Assembly: GCA_965197585.1 (NCBI GenBank)
Contig: OZ240215.1
Coordinates: 160,001 to 224,000 of the forward strand
Length of the DNA: 64,000 bases
Origin: Dehalococcoidia bacterium
Lineage (GTDB): Bacteria > Chloroflexota > Dehalococcoidia > Plut-88900
Reading direction: 5' to 3'
The position numbers were made by a program, and so were the translations under genes. The notes below the pieces were generated by a model. It saw only the letters and a list, made by a program, of their open reading frames with translations, was not told the DNA's origin and did no database searches. How positions within the stretch are numbered: the stretch's first letter is position 1; each line of letters starts with the position of its first letter. Below are positions 10,391 to 20,338 of this stretch, piece after piece.

Positions 10391-11731
10391 TCAGAAGGCG
10401 GGGTGTACCGCGGTTATCTTTCGTTCCGGCGATCTTGCTTCTCCCCGACCCACTCCCTTGTATTTGAAGCCCATCTTGGCCAACTCGTCAGGGTCCAGGA
10501 CGTTTCTGCCATCGAAGATGAACTTGGGTGGCAGCATATTGCGGGATATCGACCCCCAGTCAGCGCGTGAGAACTCATCCCATTCGGTCAGAAGCGCCAC
10601 CGCATGAGCTCCGAGGCAGGCCTGTTCTACAGAATCCATGAACAGCACCGAAGGTGGAAGCACGGCGCGCGCCGCTTCTGTGGCTCGGGGGTCAAACGCC
10701 TGCACCCGCGCTCCCCGCCGGATCAACTCATCGATTGCTGTTAGGGATGCTGCCCCGCGGACGTCGTCAGTGTTCGGCTTGAAAGCCAGCCCCAGGACCC
10801 CGATGGTGACACCCGATAGGTCACCCCCGAATCGGGCCGCAAGGGCCTCAACCGGCAATCTGCGCTGCCGATCGTTCACCTGCGCCACCGACTTCAGCAG
10901 CTTGAGTTCAACGCCGCTGGACACCGCGAGGTGGTTTAGTGCGCGAATGTCCTTGGGGAAGCAGGATCCGCCGTACCCTACTCCCGCCTTCACCATGCTT
11001 CCTGTCCTGGCATCCATGAAGATTCCCCTGGTCACTGCGTCTATCGAACCCCCGACCTCGTCGCACAAAGCAGCGATCTCATTCATAAACGAGATCCGAG
11101 TGGCCAGAAAGGCATTGCTGGCGTACTTGATCATCTCTGCGCTAGTGACGTTTGTGACCAGGAATGGCGCATCGATACCCGTGTGCATCTCCTTCACCAC
11201 CTTCACGGAACGACCATCAGGCGTCTCCGCACCGATGACTATGCGGTACGGAGACTGCCAGTCTTCCAGGGCTTGTCCTTCCCGCAGAAATTCGGGATTG
11301 GAAACGTAGCTCGCACCAGTCCCCCTCAACACCCGCTCCATGATGATACGGCCCGTTCCGGGCGGCACCGTACTCTTCATAATCACCACAACTCCCCTTA
11401 GGTCGAAGCGCTTAATCCAACCAAGTGCTGACCAGACCTGTCGAAGGTCCGGGGCGCCGTTGTTCATCGGCGGAGTCCCCGTGGCGATCAGGACTATGTC
11501 GCCGATCATTCCCTTCATCTCATCCTGGTGAATGAATCGCAGGTTACCCTTCTGCAGGCCCCACTTGATCCAGGCACTGAGCCCCGGCTCATACATGAAC
11601 AACCTCTGCGATTTGAGCATTTGAACGCGTTGCCGGTCAACGTCCACGCCATTGACTTGATGTCCCGTTATGGCCAGCCCTGCGGCTGCCGCCATTCCCA
11701 GATGTCCGAGCCCCAATACTGTAATTCTCAC
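10391..11731 (-). CDS. ugd: UDP-glucose 6-dehydrogenase
   Basis: GLGHLG Rossmann motif, KSTVPPGT, NPEFLREG, IKYASNAFLA, GYGGSCFPKD, GLAFKPNTDD.R, DGRN. Confidence 0.92.
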   Translation of the reverse strand: MRITVLGLGHLGMAAAAGLAITGHQVNGVDVDRQRVQMLKSQRLFMYEPGLSAWIKWGLQKGNLRFIHQDEMKGMIGDIVLIATGTPPMNNGAPDLRQVWSALGWIKRFDLRGVVVIMKSTVPPGTGRIIMERVLRGTGASYVSNPEFLREGQALEDWQSPYRIVIGAETPDGRSVKVVKEMHTGIDAPFLVTNVTSAEMIKYASNAFLATRISFMNEIAALCDEVGGSIDAVTRGIFMDARTGSMVKAGVGYGGSCFPKDIRALNHLAVSSGVELKLLKSVAQVNDRQRRLPVEALAARFGGDLSGVTIGVLGLAFKPNTDDVRGAASLTAIDELIRRGARVQAFDPRATEAARAVLPPSVLFMDSVEQACLGAHAVALLTEWDEFSRADWGSISRNMLPPKFIFDGRNVLDPDELAKMGFKYKGVGRGEARSPERKITAVHPAF

Positions 11732-11860
11732 CTGTCGTGCCTCCCGATCCTTCGGTATCCGGCTAACGCCGGGAATTCCCTGTCAGCGGTCTTCGGCGGC
11801 CGAGCGCCAGCCCCGCCGGAGCATTTCCAGAAATTGATTTGGATTACCTTACTACGGGTA

Positions 11861-11888
11861 TTGACAAATGGCAATATAGCAGTAATAT
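11861..11888 (+). promoter_or_regulatory. sigma70-like promoter for the 11958-19005 operon
   Basis: TTGACA(11861-11866)-16 bp-TAATAT(11883-11888) in the AT-rich divergent intergenic region. Confidence 0.5.
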
Positions 11889-11957
11889 CACCACAACTTT
11901 CACAATTAGGTAACACATAAATCATAAACATGCAACTACCTATTATCTGAGCTACTG

Positions 11958-14900
11958 ATGCAGCACAATGCAATTTCGCCTGACGAACAGGCCGCGATGC
12001 ACACCCCTCCTCCAGGCCCTGGCGCCAAGGATAGTCCCCGCGCAGGAGGTCTATTCTCTCTTTCTCCAATACGGATCATTGTTGCAATTACTCTTGTGGT
12101 TGCGGTTGCCATGGTAGTGGTCTTCTTCGCGGACAGGGGTCACCTGGAGGCCGCATTTTCGGGATTTAGGGCCAGACCCCTTTGGCTGCTGCTTTTCCTG
12201 GTTGCCTATACGGCAGCCTTCTTGCTGCGAGCCGTTGCGTGGAGAGTCTTGTTGGGGCCCGGTGGTGGCATTTACCGCCTTTTCGTCGCCATACAGGCTG
12301 CTTTGTTGGCAAATCACCTCCTTCCCTTCAAGCTGGGGGAGTTGGTCCGGCCTATAGTGGCCCACAGATCAGGGGTCCCACTGGTGCAGGCCACCGCAAC
12401 TACCGCAGTAGCGCGGATGTTGGACCTCGCCGCCCTCGTGGTGATCGCCGGCCTTGTCGGGCCCTTCGTTTCCCTTTCCACCGGCGACGACTTCTGGATG
12501 CAGGCTATGGCCTTCCCGGCATTGGCACTGCTTGCGGCGGTAGTATTGCTCGAGGTCATCCGAAGGTGGGGGTTGGAGACCCGGCTCCCGGCACCTGTTT
12601 TGCGCCGCTTCACCGAGTTCAGGTCACAACTCAAGCAGGTCTCCGCTGCAAGAATCGTCCACGCTGCCCTGTGGACTCTCCCGAGCTGGGTCCTGGAAGC
12701 TTCAGTTCTATTTGCGGTGGCGAGGGTGCTTGGAATCGAGCTATCTATCACAGCAGCGATAGCGATTACCGCCTTCACAATCCTGTTCCAGATATTCCAC
12801 CTGACACCCGGCGGCATCGGCGTCTATGAAGGGGTGATGTCCGGTGCCCTGTATGCCCACGGAATTCCATTTGAGGAAGGACTTGCCCTGGCGGCCCTTA
12901 CCCACGCCCTGAAATTCGCCTACTCCTACACCGTATCGCTGGCATTCACCCTTACAGCCGCGCGCCACCTGCCCGAGCTGAACCCTCTGAGCAAATTGCG
13001 AGGTTCCTCGGATGGCGCAAAGGCTGCCTCACGCTTCGAGGTCATTGCCGCCCGGCTCTGGAACGTCCTCAACGAAGGCAAGCCCTTCACACCCGTGTTC
13101 GTCCTCGGTGTCCTGGGGCTGATAAGCCTCCTCCACGTGACTGACGCCTCATACTGGCCTAAGGCCGGTATTGCTCTCCTTGCCCTGATACCCCTCTCAC
13201 TGGTCTTCTACCGTTTCGACTTTCCCCTCAAGCTGCGCGTCGCACTGTGGGTATTCCTGGGCATCTTCTTCGGCGTGTTCCGCTTCGTAGACCCGGTAGC
13301 CGCGGCGATTACCGTGGGGCTCTATATTGCTTTTACCGTCTTCCTTTGGGGTTCCGTCTACTACCACCTCCGCATCGGAACGCCGTGGACCAACTTCACC
13401 AGGTTCTGGCGGCTGGTCCTGGAAAACCCTGACCCTACCAGCGGCAATTTCTTGGAGCAGGTCCCCAAGGCCCTGCTGTTGGTCTTGTCGTTCCAATTGA
13501 TGGTCCAGCAGCCCGGACTGAGTACGGCCCTAGGATTGGAGTTCTTCTTCCTGGGCATTGGGGTGGTCGCGCTTCTGGCCCACCAGTGGTTCTTCACCTG
13601 GCCCCCGGCCCATTCGCTGGCGGCTACCCGTGCGCCATACGGCGGTCAGAGCAGTCGAGGCAAACGGTTTATAGCCATCGTCATCGATGGGTGCCGCGCC
13701 GACCGGCTGCTCGAAGCGGACACGCCGTTCATCGACCGCCTCCGGCGTGAAGGAGCAGACTATACAAACACCGCGACGGTATATCCCGCTCGGACGGTGA
13801 CGGGCTTCAGTTCCATGCTCACAGGCGCCCCGCCCAAACTCCATGGAATGCGCAGTAACTTCGTTCCCAACCTGGGAGTGAAGTGCGAATCCATATTCGA
13901 CTCTTTGCGGGCTGCCGGGATGACCGGAAAGCTGGTGGGCATTGCTCACTTGGTGGATGCCTTTGGCCATAAGGACGTCGAGACCGTCACAGCCGTCACC
14001 CACAACGACGAAATCGACAACGCCCTCGTGGCCCGGGCAAAGGCCGTCATGGATCGAGAAAACCCCGATTTGCTGGTCCTTCAACTACTGAGTGTAGACC
14101 AGACCGGCCACGCCCGTGGCAGCTACAACACCGAGTACCTCGAGAAAATAGAGATAACCGATCGCATAATCGAGGACTTCCTCGCATGGTGCCGGGAATC
14201 CGGCTACCTCGAAGATGCCACCGTGCTTATCACTTCCGACCACGGCCAAGGCATAGGCATAGGCGGCCACGGTCACATGAGCCCATCAGAGGTCCATGTC
14301 CCATGCATTATGTGGGGGGCCGGGGTGGAGCAGACCGGAGCGTTTGATAGACCCCGGTCTGTCATGGACGTAGCGCCAACCATCGCTCACTTCCTCGGTG
14401 CAGACCCTCCATCTCAGTCGGTGGGTCAGGTCCTGGGTGTCGCTGACCAATGTGAGAGTGCGAAGCCGTTGGCTGTGATAATTCCTGCCCACAACGAAGC
14501 GGAAAACCTGCCCGAGACACTCTCATCAATTCCCAGGACCCAACTGTCCAACCTCCGAATCATCGTCGTGGACGATGGGTCTACGGATGGAACCGGACAG
14601 GTCGCTCGATCGCACGGGGCCGACCTCGTGGTACGGCACGACAAAAACCGCGGGTTGGGCGCTGCCTTGAGGACAGGAATGGAAACTGCCCGGCAACTGG
14701 ACGCTCGGGCCGCGGTCTACATCGACGCTGACGGAGAATACCCGCCTTCCCAAATACCCGACCTCCTAGCCCCCATCAATGCCAGGGAGGCTGACTACGT
14801 GCTTGGCTCCCGCTACATGGGCGGCATAAAGGGCCAGTCCATCGTGCGTCGGATGGGCAACTTTTGCTTCACCGCCCTGCTGTCCCTCGCCGCCGGCCGG

Positions 14901-15140
14901 CGCATCACTGACGGTCAGACCGGCTTCAGAGCTTTCTCCCGCCGCGCCCTGGAATGCGCTGAGATCATCCATGACTACAACTACGCACAGGTCCTCACCC
15001 TGGATCTACTCAAGAAAGGGATGAAGATGAAGGAAGTTCCCATCTCTTACCAGCCCCGATCCAGAGGCAAGTCCTTCATAAGCCTCAAGTATTTATGGCG
15101 GGTACCGGTCGCCATGTTCAGACAGATGCTGAATACGTAA
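11958..15140 (+). CDS. Three-part fusion: LPG-synthase/UPF0104 flippase-like TM domain + membrane-anchored alkaline-phosphatase-superfamily domain + GT2 (DPM1-like) glycosyltransferase
   Basis: LRAVAW..LL, NHLLPFKLGELVR, TPGGIGVYE (UPF0104); VIDGCRAD, PART, DQTGH, TSDHG, GHG (AlkP/NPP metal sites); VIIPAHNE, VVDDGSTD, DADG, DGQTGFRAF (GT2). Confidence 0.85.
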   Translation: MQHNAISPDEQAAMHTPPPGPGAKDSPRAGGLFSLSPIRIIVAITLVVAVAMVVVFFADRGHLEAAFSGFRARPLWLLLFLVAYTAAFLLRAVAWRVLLGPGGGIYRLFVAIQAALLANHLLPFKLGELVRPIVAHRSGVPLVQATATTAVARMLDLAALVVIAGLVGPFVSLSTGDDFWMQAMAFPALALLAAVVLLEVIRRWGLETRLPAPVLRRFTEFRSQLKQVSAARIVHAALWTLPSWVLEASVLFAVARVLGIELSITAAIAITAFTILFQIFHLTPGGIGVYEGVMSGALYAHGIPFEEGLALAALTHALKFAYSYTVSLAFTLTAARHLPELNPLSKLRGSSDGAKAASRFEVIAARLWNVLNEGKPFTPVFVLGVLGLISLLHVTDASYWPKAGIALLALIPLSLVFYRFDFPLKLRVALWVFLGIFFGVFRFVDPVAAAITVGLYIAFTVFLWGSVYYHLRIGTPWTNFTRFWRLVLENPDPTSGNFLEQVPKALLLVLSFQLMVQQPGLSTALGLEFFFLGIGVVALLAHQWFFTWPPAHSLAATRAPYGGQSSRGKRFIAIVIDGCRADRLLEADTPFIDRLRREGADYTNTATVYPARTVTGFSSMLTGAPPKLHGMRSNFVPNLGVKCESIFDSLRAAGMTGKLVGIAHLVDAFGHKDVETVTAVTHNDEIDNALVARAKAVMDRENPDLLVLQLLSVDQTGHARGSYNTEYLEKIEITDRIIEDFLAWCRESGYLEDATVLITSDHGQGIGIGGHGHMSPSEVHVPCIMWGAGVEQTGAFDRPRSVMDVAPTIAHFLGADPPSQSVGQVLGVADQCESAKPLAVIIPAHNEAENLPETLSSIPRTQLSNLRIIVVDDGSTDGTGQVARSHGADLVVRHDKNRGLGAALRTGMETARQLDARAAVYIDADGEYPPSQIPDLLAPINAREADYVLGSRYMGGIKGQSIVRRMGNFCFTALLSLAAGRRITDGQTGFRAFSRRALECAEIIHDYNYAQVLTLDLLKKGMKMKEVPISYQPRSRGKSFISLKYLWRVPVAMFRQMLNT

Positions 15141-15220
15141 TGCCACGCTGCGGGCCGGGCGAACAAACTTAACGGCTCAAGAAGAAGAGTTCCCGCAAAA
15201 GTAACAGGAGGGATTTGAAA

Positions 15221-16507
15221 ATGGCCACTAGGGACAGAATCAGGCCTAGAGGCGTCAAGGGCTACGTCTTGGTCGCCGGTTTGGCGATTCTCTTGGCGCT
15301 GCTGCTCATTGCAGCCTGTAGCGACGACGCCGGAGAAGATCGCCCCGGCATCCAGGTAATTGACAGCGAGAGCGGCTCCGTTAGCGCATCCGCAAGCGGG
15401 TCCGTCAGTGGCACCGGAACGACGACCGGCTCAGGAACAGGGACCGTTTCGGCTACTGGAACCGGCACAGGAACAGTTTCGGCCACCGGGACCGGTATGA
15501 CGTCCGGATCTGGAGAGGGTCGAGGCCTCTGGATTCCCGTCGGTCAGGAGCCCGAGACCGAAGGGCCCACGAAGTCAGACGGTTACTACACCCCCACCAC
15601 CAACCGGGAGATTTACCAGAAGATCTCCTCCGACTACCAGGAGATAGTCAATCTCACCAACGTAATCAAAGAGGGTAATCCCTTGCCCGCAGCGGAGATA
15701 TGGCTTATGTACGAAGCGGGTACGCATACCCGCATAGGCGCACAGAGCCGCACGCTTCGGTCCTTTGCGGCCGGCACGACGCCGGGGACGTATTTCCCGG
15801 ACTCGGTGGAGTTCTACGGCTCAGCCCGCTTCCTTGACTCTCCGATATCAAATGCCATACGCGGGCGCGGAGAAGCGGAGAACTACTCCGATGCTCAGAA
15901 ACGACAGGCGATAAATAAGTCCGCCCTCAGAATCGTCTACCACTGGGCCAAGTTCTACATGATCATTGGCGGCGAGCAGATGAGGTCCGGTTTGGTCGAT
16001 GAGGCTTGGGCCATCTACGTGGGCGAGGAAGTGGACGGGGCATACCCGAACTCACTGGCGGCCACCGCCCAAAGTCGGGAGGGCAACTTCGGCCGGGAAG
16101 GCACGATCGACATTCCCCTGCGCCAGGCCATGGACAGGGCAAGACAGGCAGCTGATGAGATGGACGCCGCAGCCTATGAGGCTGCAGCTCAGGAGGTCTA
16201 CTCACGCTTTAACGCCATCTTCTACCTCGCCACGGTCAGGTACATCGGCAGCGTATCGAATGATGCGGAAGCCGGCGACCACGACAGCTTGGGGACGCAC
16301 CAGGTCGAAGCGTTGGCCTTCTACCGGTCCATTCAACCCGAGGTCGCAAAGACTGACGCGGCTGCCGACGAGACCATCGTCGCCTACCTCGTAGCCGAGC
16401 CAGACCAGATCACTACTGCGGCCCGTGACGAGGCCCTTGCTGCCCTCAACCGGACTTCATCGGCACTCCTTCTGACTGAAGATGACCTTGAAACCAGCTA
16501 CGAGTGA
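15221..16507 (+). CDS. FEA1-like (low-iron-inducible) lipoprotein with Ser/Gly/Thr-rich linker
   Basis: Lipobox LIAAC; linker SGSVSASASGSVSGTGTTTGSGTGTVSATGTGTGTVSATGTG; YTPTT start of the globular domain, VDEAWAIYVG and EALAFY motifs reminiscent of FEA1; located among iron genes. Confidence 0.55.
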   Translation: MATRDRIRPRGVKGYVLVAGLAILLALLLIAACSDDAGEDRPGIQVIDSESGSVSASASGSVSGTGTTTGSGTGTVSATGTGTGTVSATGTGMTSGSGEGRGLWIPVGQEPETEGPTKSDGYYTPTTNREIYQKISSDYQEIVNLTNVIKEGNPLPAAEIWLMYEAGTHTRIGAQSRTLRSFAAGTTPGTYFPDSVEFYGSARFLDSPISNAIRGRGEAENYSDAQKRQAINKSALRIVYHWAKFYMIIGGEQMRSGLVDEAWAIYVGEEVDGAYPNSLAATAQSREGNFGREGTIDIPLRQAMDRARQAADEMDAAAYEAAAQEVYSRFNAIFYLATVRYIGSVSNDAEAGDHDSLGTHQVEALAFYRSIQPEVAKTDAAADETIVAYLVAEPDQITTAARDEALAALNRTSSALLLTEDDLETSYE

Positions 16508-16546
16508 TAATCTCCATAACCTCATAACAATGCCAAGGTCAAGAAA

Positions 16547-17581
16547 ATGAAAACAGAGTTAAGTAAGAGCCAGATTGTAAAGATGCTGATTGCCGCCACC
16601 CTAGTGGTGGCGGCAATCAGCGCTTCCCTGGCATGTGGGGGCGGCGATAATACCTTGACCGTCTACTCGGGCCGGTCTCAAAACCTGGTGCATCCACTCC
16701 TGGAGGAGTTCATCGAGCAGAGCGGCATAAATGTGCGCGTCAAGTATGCGGGCAGTTCCTCCATCGCAGCCACCGTGTTGGAGGAGGGGGAAAACACCCC
16801 GGCAGACGTGGTGTTCATGCAGGATCCCGGCACTCTCGGCGCCCTCGCCGATGCCGGTAGGCTCGAAGAGTTGCCTGAAGAACTACTTGCCAAGGTGGAT
16901 CCGAACTTCAGGTCTCCTGACGACCTGTGGATAGGCACATCCGGCCGAGCTCGGACCCTGGTCTACAACACCAAGGCCATTGACCCCGAAGTTGACCTTC
17001 CCGCATCCATAAGGGACTTCACTAAACCCGAGTGGCGAGGCCGTATAGGCTGGGCGCCCCAGAACGCATCCTTCCAGACCTTCGTCACTGCCTTTCGCGT
17101 AAAGTGGGGAGAGCAGGCAGCTCGGGAGTGGCTGGAGGGCATCCATGCCAACGAACCGCGCCAATACCCCAACAACGTCACCACGGTAGCCGGAACGGCC
17201 AGGGGAGAGGTGGACGTAGGTTTCGTGAACCACTACTACCTGCAGAGATTCCTCGAGGAAGAAGGGCCCGACTTCCAGGCCCGTAACCACTTCCTCGGCG
17301 ATGGCGATCCGGGTAGCCTCATTCTGGTAGCCGGGGCAGGGATCATTAAGGAGTCCGAAAACAAGAAAGCTGCAGAGCAATTCATCGAGTTTCTGCTTTC
17401 CGACATCGCCCAGAACTACTTCTCCGAGAGCACCAAGGAATATCCCTTGGCATCGGGTGTAGCTCCTGATGCAGGGCTTCCTCCCCTGGACGCTTTGGAC
17501 CCCGTACAAATTGACCTTGGGTCTCTAAGCGACCTCCAGGGCACACTTGATTTGCTTCGGGAGGTAGGCCTCATCCCGTGA
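16547..17581 (+). CDS. Fe(III) ABC transporter substrate-binding lipoprotein (FutA/FbpA type)
   Basis: Lipobox SLAC, LTVYSGR, EEG.NTPADV, SGRARTLVYN, N.SFQ, FVNHYY (Fe-binding tyrosines), EYPL. Confidence 0.9.
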   Translation: MKTELSKSQIVKMLIAATLVVAAISASLACGGGDNTLTVYSGRSQNLVHPLLEEFIEQSGINVRVKYAGSSSIAATVLEEGENTPADVVFMQDPGTLGALADAGRLEELPEELLAKVDPNFRSPDDLWIGTSGRARTLVYNTKAIDPEVDLPASIRDFTKPEWRGRIGWAPQNASFQTFVTAFRVKWGEQAAREWLEGIHANEPRQYPNNVTTVAGTARGEVDVGFVNHYYLQRFLEEEGPDFQARNHFLGDGDPGSLILVAGAGIIKESENKKAAEQFIEFLLSDIAQNYFSESTKEYPLASGVAPDAGLPPLDALDPVQIDLGSLSDLQGTLDLLREVGLIP

Positions 17582-19005
17582 CCCAAGTATCAAGCTTCAT
17601 TCGCCGGCGAGGGCTGCCGCTCAGCGCGGCAGCCCTCTTTCTCTTGCTGCTCGGCGCCTACATGTTCTCGATAGACATACGAGCGAGTCGGGGCGCGTCA
17701 ATAACAGGCGATGAGCCCTTTTACCTTCTCACTACCCAGAGCCTGATCCAGGACGGTGACCTGGACCTCACCAACCAGTACGACGCCAGATCTTACGAGA
17801 GTTTCTTTGATCACCCAGATGGGCTCTGGCAGCAATCTGTGCGCTCCCCGGACGGGCGTCTGCTAAGTCCCCACAACCCGGGACTTTCATTGCTTCTGAT
17901 CCCGGGATTTGCATTGGGTGGCCTTGTGGGTGCGCAATGCCAGTTGCTTCTAATCAGCGCTGCGGCCTTGACCCTCGCCTACCTACTGGCTAACCGTCTT
18001 TCCAAGAGTCGACGCCTCAGCTGGACCCTGACCATGGTTGTGGGTCTCTCAGCCACACCGTTCATCTACTCTACCGAGATCTATCCAGAGTTTCCTGCAG
18101 CACTTGCCTTGCTTGTCTGCCTCTTGATGGTTACCCGGCAAAAGAAGCTCTCCGCGGATGATGGGTTGTACATGGCAGTCGCGCTGACTGCGCTATGCTG
18201 GCTCGGAGTCAAGTATGCGCCCTTGGCCGCGCTTGTTGCGGCTTACTTTCTCTACAGGTCAGACAAATGCGGGAAGTTTACTTTATTGACGTCCGGGGCA
18301 GTGTCAGGGGCGTACTTCATCTGGTTCCACCTCTCTACTTTCGACAGCCTTACCCCGTACAACGTTAACGTGGTCTACGCCGGCCAGTCCTCCTTCGAGT
18401 TGATTGACAGTCACGTATCGTTTATCGACCGGTTCTACAGGCTATGGGGCCTTTTCATGGACCGGCGCTTCGGGATCGGCAGATGGACCCCCATTTTCTT
18501 GGTTGCGGTACCCGCCATGATTCTATTGCTCCCACGAGACGGGAATCGACGGCTCCTTCTCGGTCTCGTAGTCATCCAATTGCTTATCGCCACCTTCGTG
18601 GCCATAACAATGATGGGTTGGTGGTTTCCCGGCAGAACCATGCTGACCGTTTTGCCATTGTTCGTAGTCCCGCTCACCTTGATCGCCTCCAGGATGGGTC
18701 GACGATTAAGATGGATGATGGTGGGCTTGGCCACCTACAGCATTGCGGTCACTGGAGGTCTCGCATACGCCGGTCATACACGAGAAGTCACCATAGCAGT
18801 GGACCCGTTTGACATGGAATTCCCCCTGTTTAGGGGACTGTCGTGGGCCTTTCCCCAATACACCTACTGGAATTGGGAAACCTGGACGCTGACGGTCATA
18901 TGGCTGGCCATTGCTGCTATAGCGATTGGAGTAACTGCAAGACACATCTTTGGTAACGCTAGCATGAAACCCTCAGCCACCGACGGAGACTTAGAACCTA
19001 CTTGA
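17578..19005 (+). CDS. Multi-pass membrane protein of the GT-C (ArnT/PMT-like) glycosyltransferase type
   Basis: TM1 followed by TGDEPFY..., SPHNPGLSLLL, YSTEIYPE, ~11-13 TM helices, PGR. Its GTG start overlaps the futA stop. Confidence 0.6.
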   Translation: MTQVSSFIRRRGLPLSAAALFLLLLGAYMFSIDIRASRGASITGDEPFYLLTTQSLIQDGDLDLTNQYDARSYESFFDHPDGLWQQSVRSPDGRLLSPHNPGLSLLLIPGFALGGLVGAQCQLLLISAAALTLAYLLANRLSKSRRLSWTLTMVVGLSATPFIYSTEIYPEFPAALALLVCLLMVTRQKKLSADDGLYMAVALTALCWLGVKYAPLAALVAAYFLYRSDKCGKFTLLTSGAVSGAYFIWFHLSTFDSLTPYNVNVVYAGQSSFELIDSHVSFIDRFYRLWGLFMDRRFGIGRWTPIFLVAVPAMILLLPRDGNRRLLLGLVVIQLLIATFVAITMMGWWFPGRTMLTVLPLFVVPLTLIASRMGRRLRWMMVGLATYSIAVTGGLAYAGHTREVTIAVDPFDMEFPLFRGLSWAFPQYTYWNWETWTLTVIWLAIAAIAIGVTARHIFGNASMKPSATDGDLEPT

Positions 19006-19984
19006 GATCCCGCGCCCATTCCCGATTCTCCATATACCAGTCCACAACCCGTCCGATCCCCTCTTCTACACCAATTGTCGGTCTCCACTTCAATAGCATG
19101 CCGGCACGGGTGACATCCGCCCACGTGACTAGTGGGTCGGTGCGATGCCTCTCCCGAAATGCGATCCGAGCCTTCCTGTCGACCCTCTTCTGTATGATGT
19201 TGATGACCTCATTGATGGATACGGGACTCTCATTGCCGAGGTTGACTGTCTCATATCCCTCAAGACCCAGCGCCGCCACTGTACCCCGGGCGACGTCAGT
19301 CACGTAGGTGAAATCCCTCCGCTGGGTTCCATCTCCATAGACTGTTATAGGTTCACCCTCGACGATGCCCCTTACGAAACGGAAAATGCTCATGTCAGGC
19401 CGACCCGCTGGCCCATACACTGTGAAGTAGCGCAAGACCGATGCATCGATCCCGTACAGATGATGGTAGGAATACAGAAGGGTTTCCGCGGCTATTTTGG
19501 ATGCGGCATAGGGAGACAATGGTCGGCTCGATTGCGCATCCTCGCTGACCGGCCCCTTAATTTCAGAGCCGTATACGCTCGACGTGGAGGCAAGAATAAA
19601 TTTTCCGATATCGAGCTCCTTGCACATTTCCAGCAGGTTAACGCACCCTAGGACATTTGCCTCATAGTAGGCTCGGGGCTCTTCCACGCTACCTCCGACC
19701 CCAGCCCGGGCAGCGAAATTAATGATCACCGTTATTGGATTGACTTTATGTTCCTGCCGGATCGTGGATTTCAACGAATCAAGGTCGGAAATATCCAGCT
19801 TCTTAAAGGTGAATCCTGGGTTCGCAGTGAGACTGTCAAGTCGCCACTTTTGCAGCCGAGCGTCGTTCCCACCGTGCAGGTTATCGATTCCAAGCACCCT
19901 ATGACCCTCTTCAAGCAGAAGCTTGGCCACGTTGGACCCTATGAAACCCGCACAGCCTGTGACAAGGACGTTCAAATAAGTCAC
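18998..19984 (-). CDS. NAD-dependent nucleotide-sugar epimerase (UDP-glucuronate 4-epimerase-like)
   Basis: VTGCAGFIG, ASTSSVYG, SPYAASK, LRYFTVYGPAGRPDM, RDFTYV.D. Confidence 0.85.
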   Translation of the reverse strand: MTYLNVLVTGCAGFIGSNVAKLLLEEGHRVLGIDNLHGGNDARLQKWRLDSLTANPGFTFKKLDISDLDSLKSTIRQEHKVNPITVIINFAARAGVGGSVEEPRAYYEANVLGCVNLLEMCKELDIGKFILASTSSVYGSEIKGPVSEDAQSSRPLSPYAASKIAAETLLYSYHHLYGIDASVLRYFTVYGPAGRPDMSIFRFVRGIVEGEPITVYGDGTQRRDFTYVTDVARGTVAALGLEGYETVNLGNESPVSINEVINIIQKRVDRKARIAFRERHRTDPLVTWADVTRAGMLLKWRPTIGVEEGIGRVVDWYMENREWARDLK

Positions 19985-20264
19985 GTCTTCCTGATCAATT
20001 CCATTGCCGCTTTCGGTTGCCAGAAAACTCCGACATTCCTACCTTCAGAGGGCTAATCCAGGCAAGTACAGTCCAGTTACTGGACGGCCTTTTTGCATCA
20101 GTAGCCGTTTACTCTCCCAGGTCATTCGTCCCACACCTGATAGCAGGATAGAATCGGGCCGGGTCCAAGACCGATTCTATCCTACACCGGATACGGCTAC
20201 CGCAAACTACAGATTGATTGAGAAACTTTTCCGTTAATGTGCTTACAAATGCTCCATATTAGTA

Positions 20265-20293
20265 TTGACATTGAAGCTTGTCTTGTCTAGACT
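20265..20293 (+). promoter_or_regulatory. sigma70-like promoter for bfd-bfr
   Basis: TTGACA(20265-20270)-17 bp-TAGACT(20288-20293). Confidence 0.55.
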
Positions 20294-20338
20294 ACCGACA
20301 ATCTGTGCATAGCCTATAGCAATGAGGAAGCCCCCACT

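Noticed and set aside
11900-11930. TTAGGTAA half-site as a DtxR box for the fusion operon (similar half-sites near 21106 and 21490)
   Set aside because: Only one half matches the palindrome; insufficient without a PWM scan.
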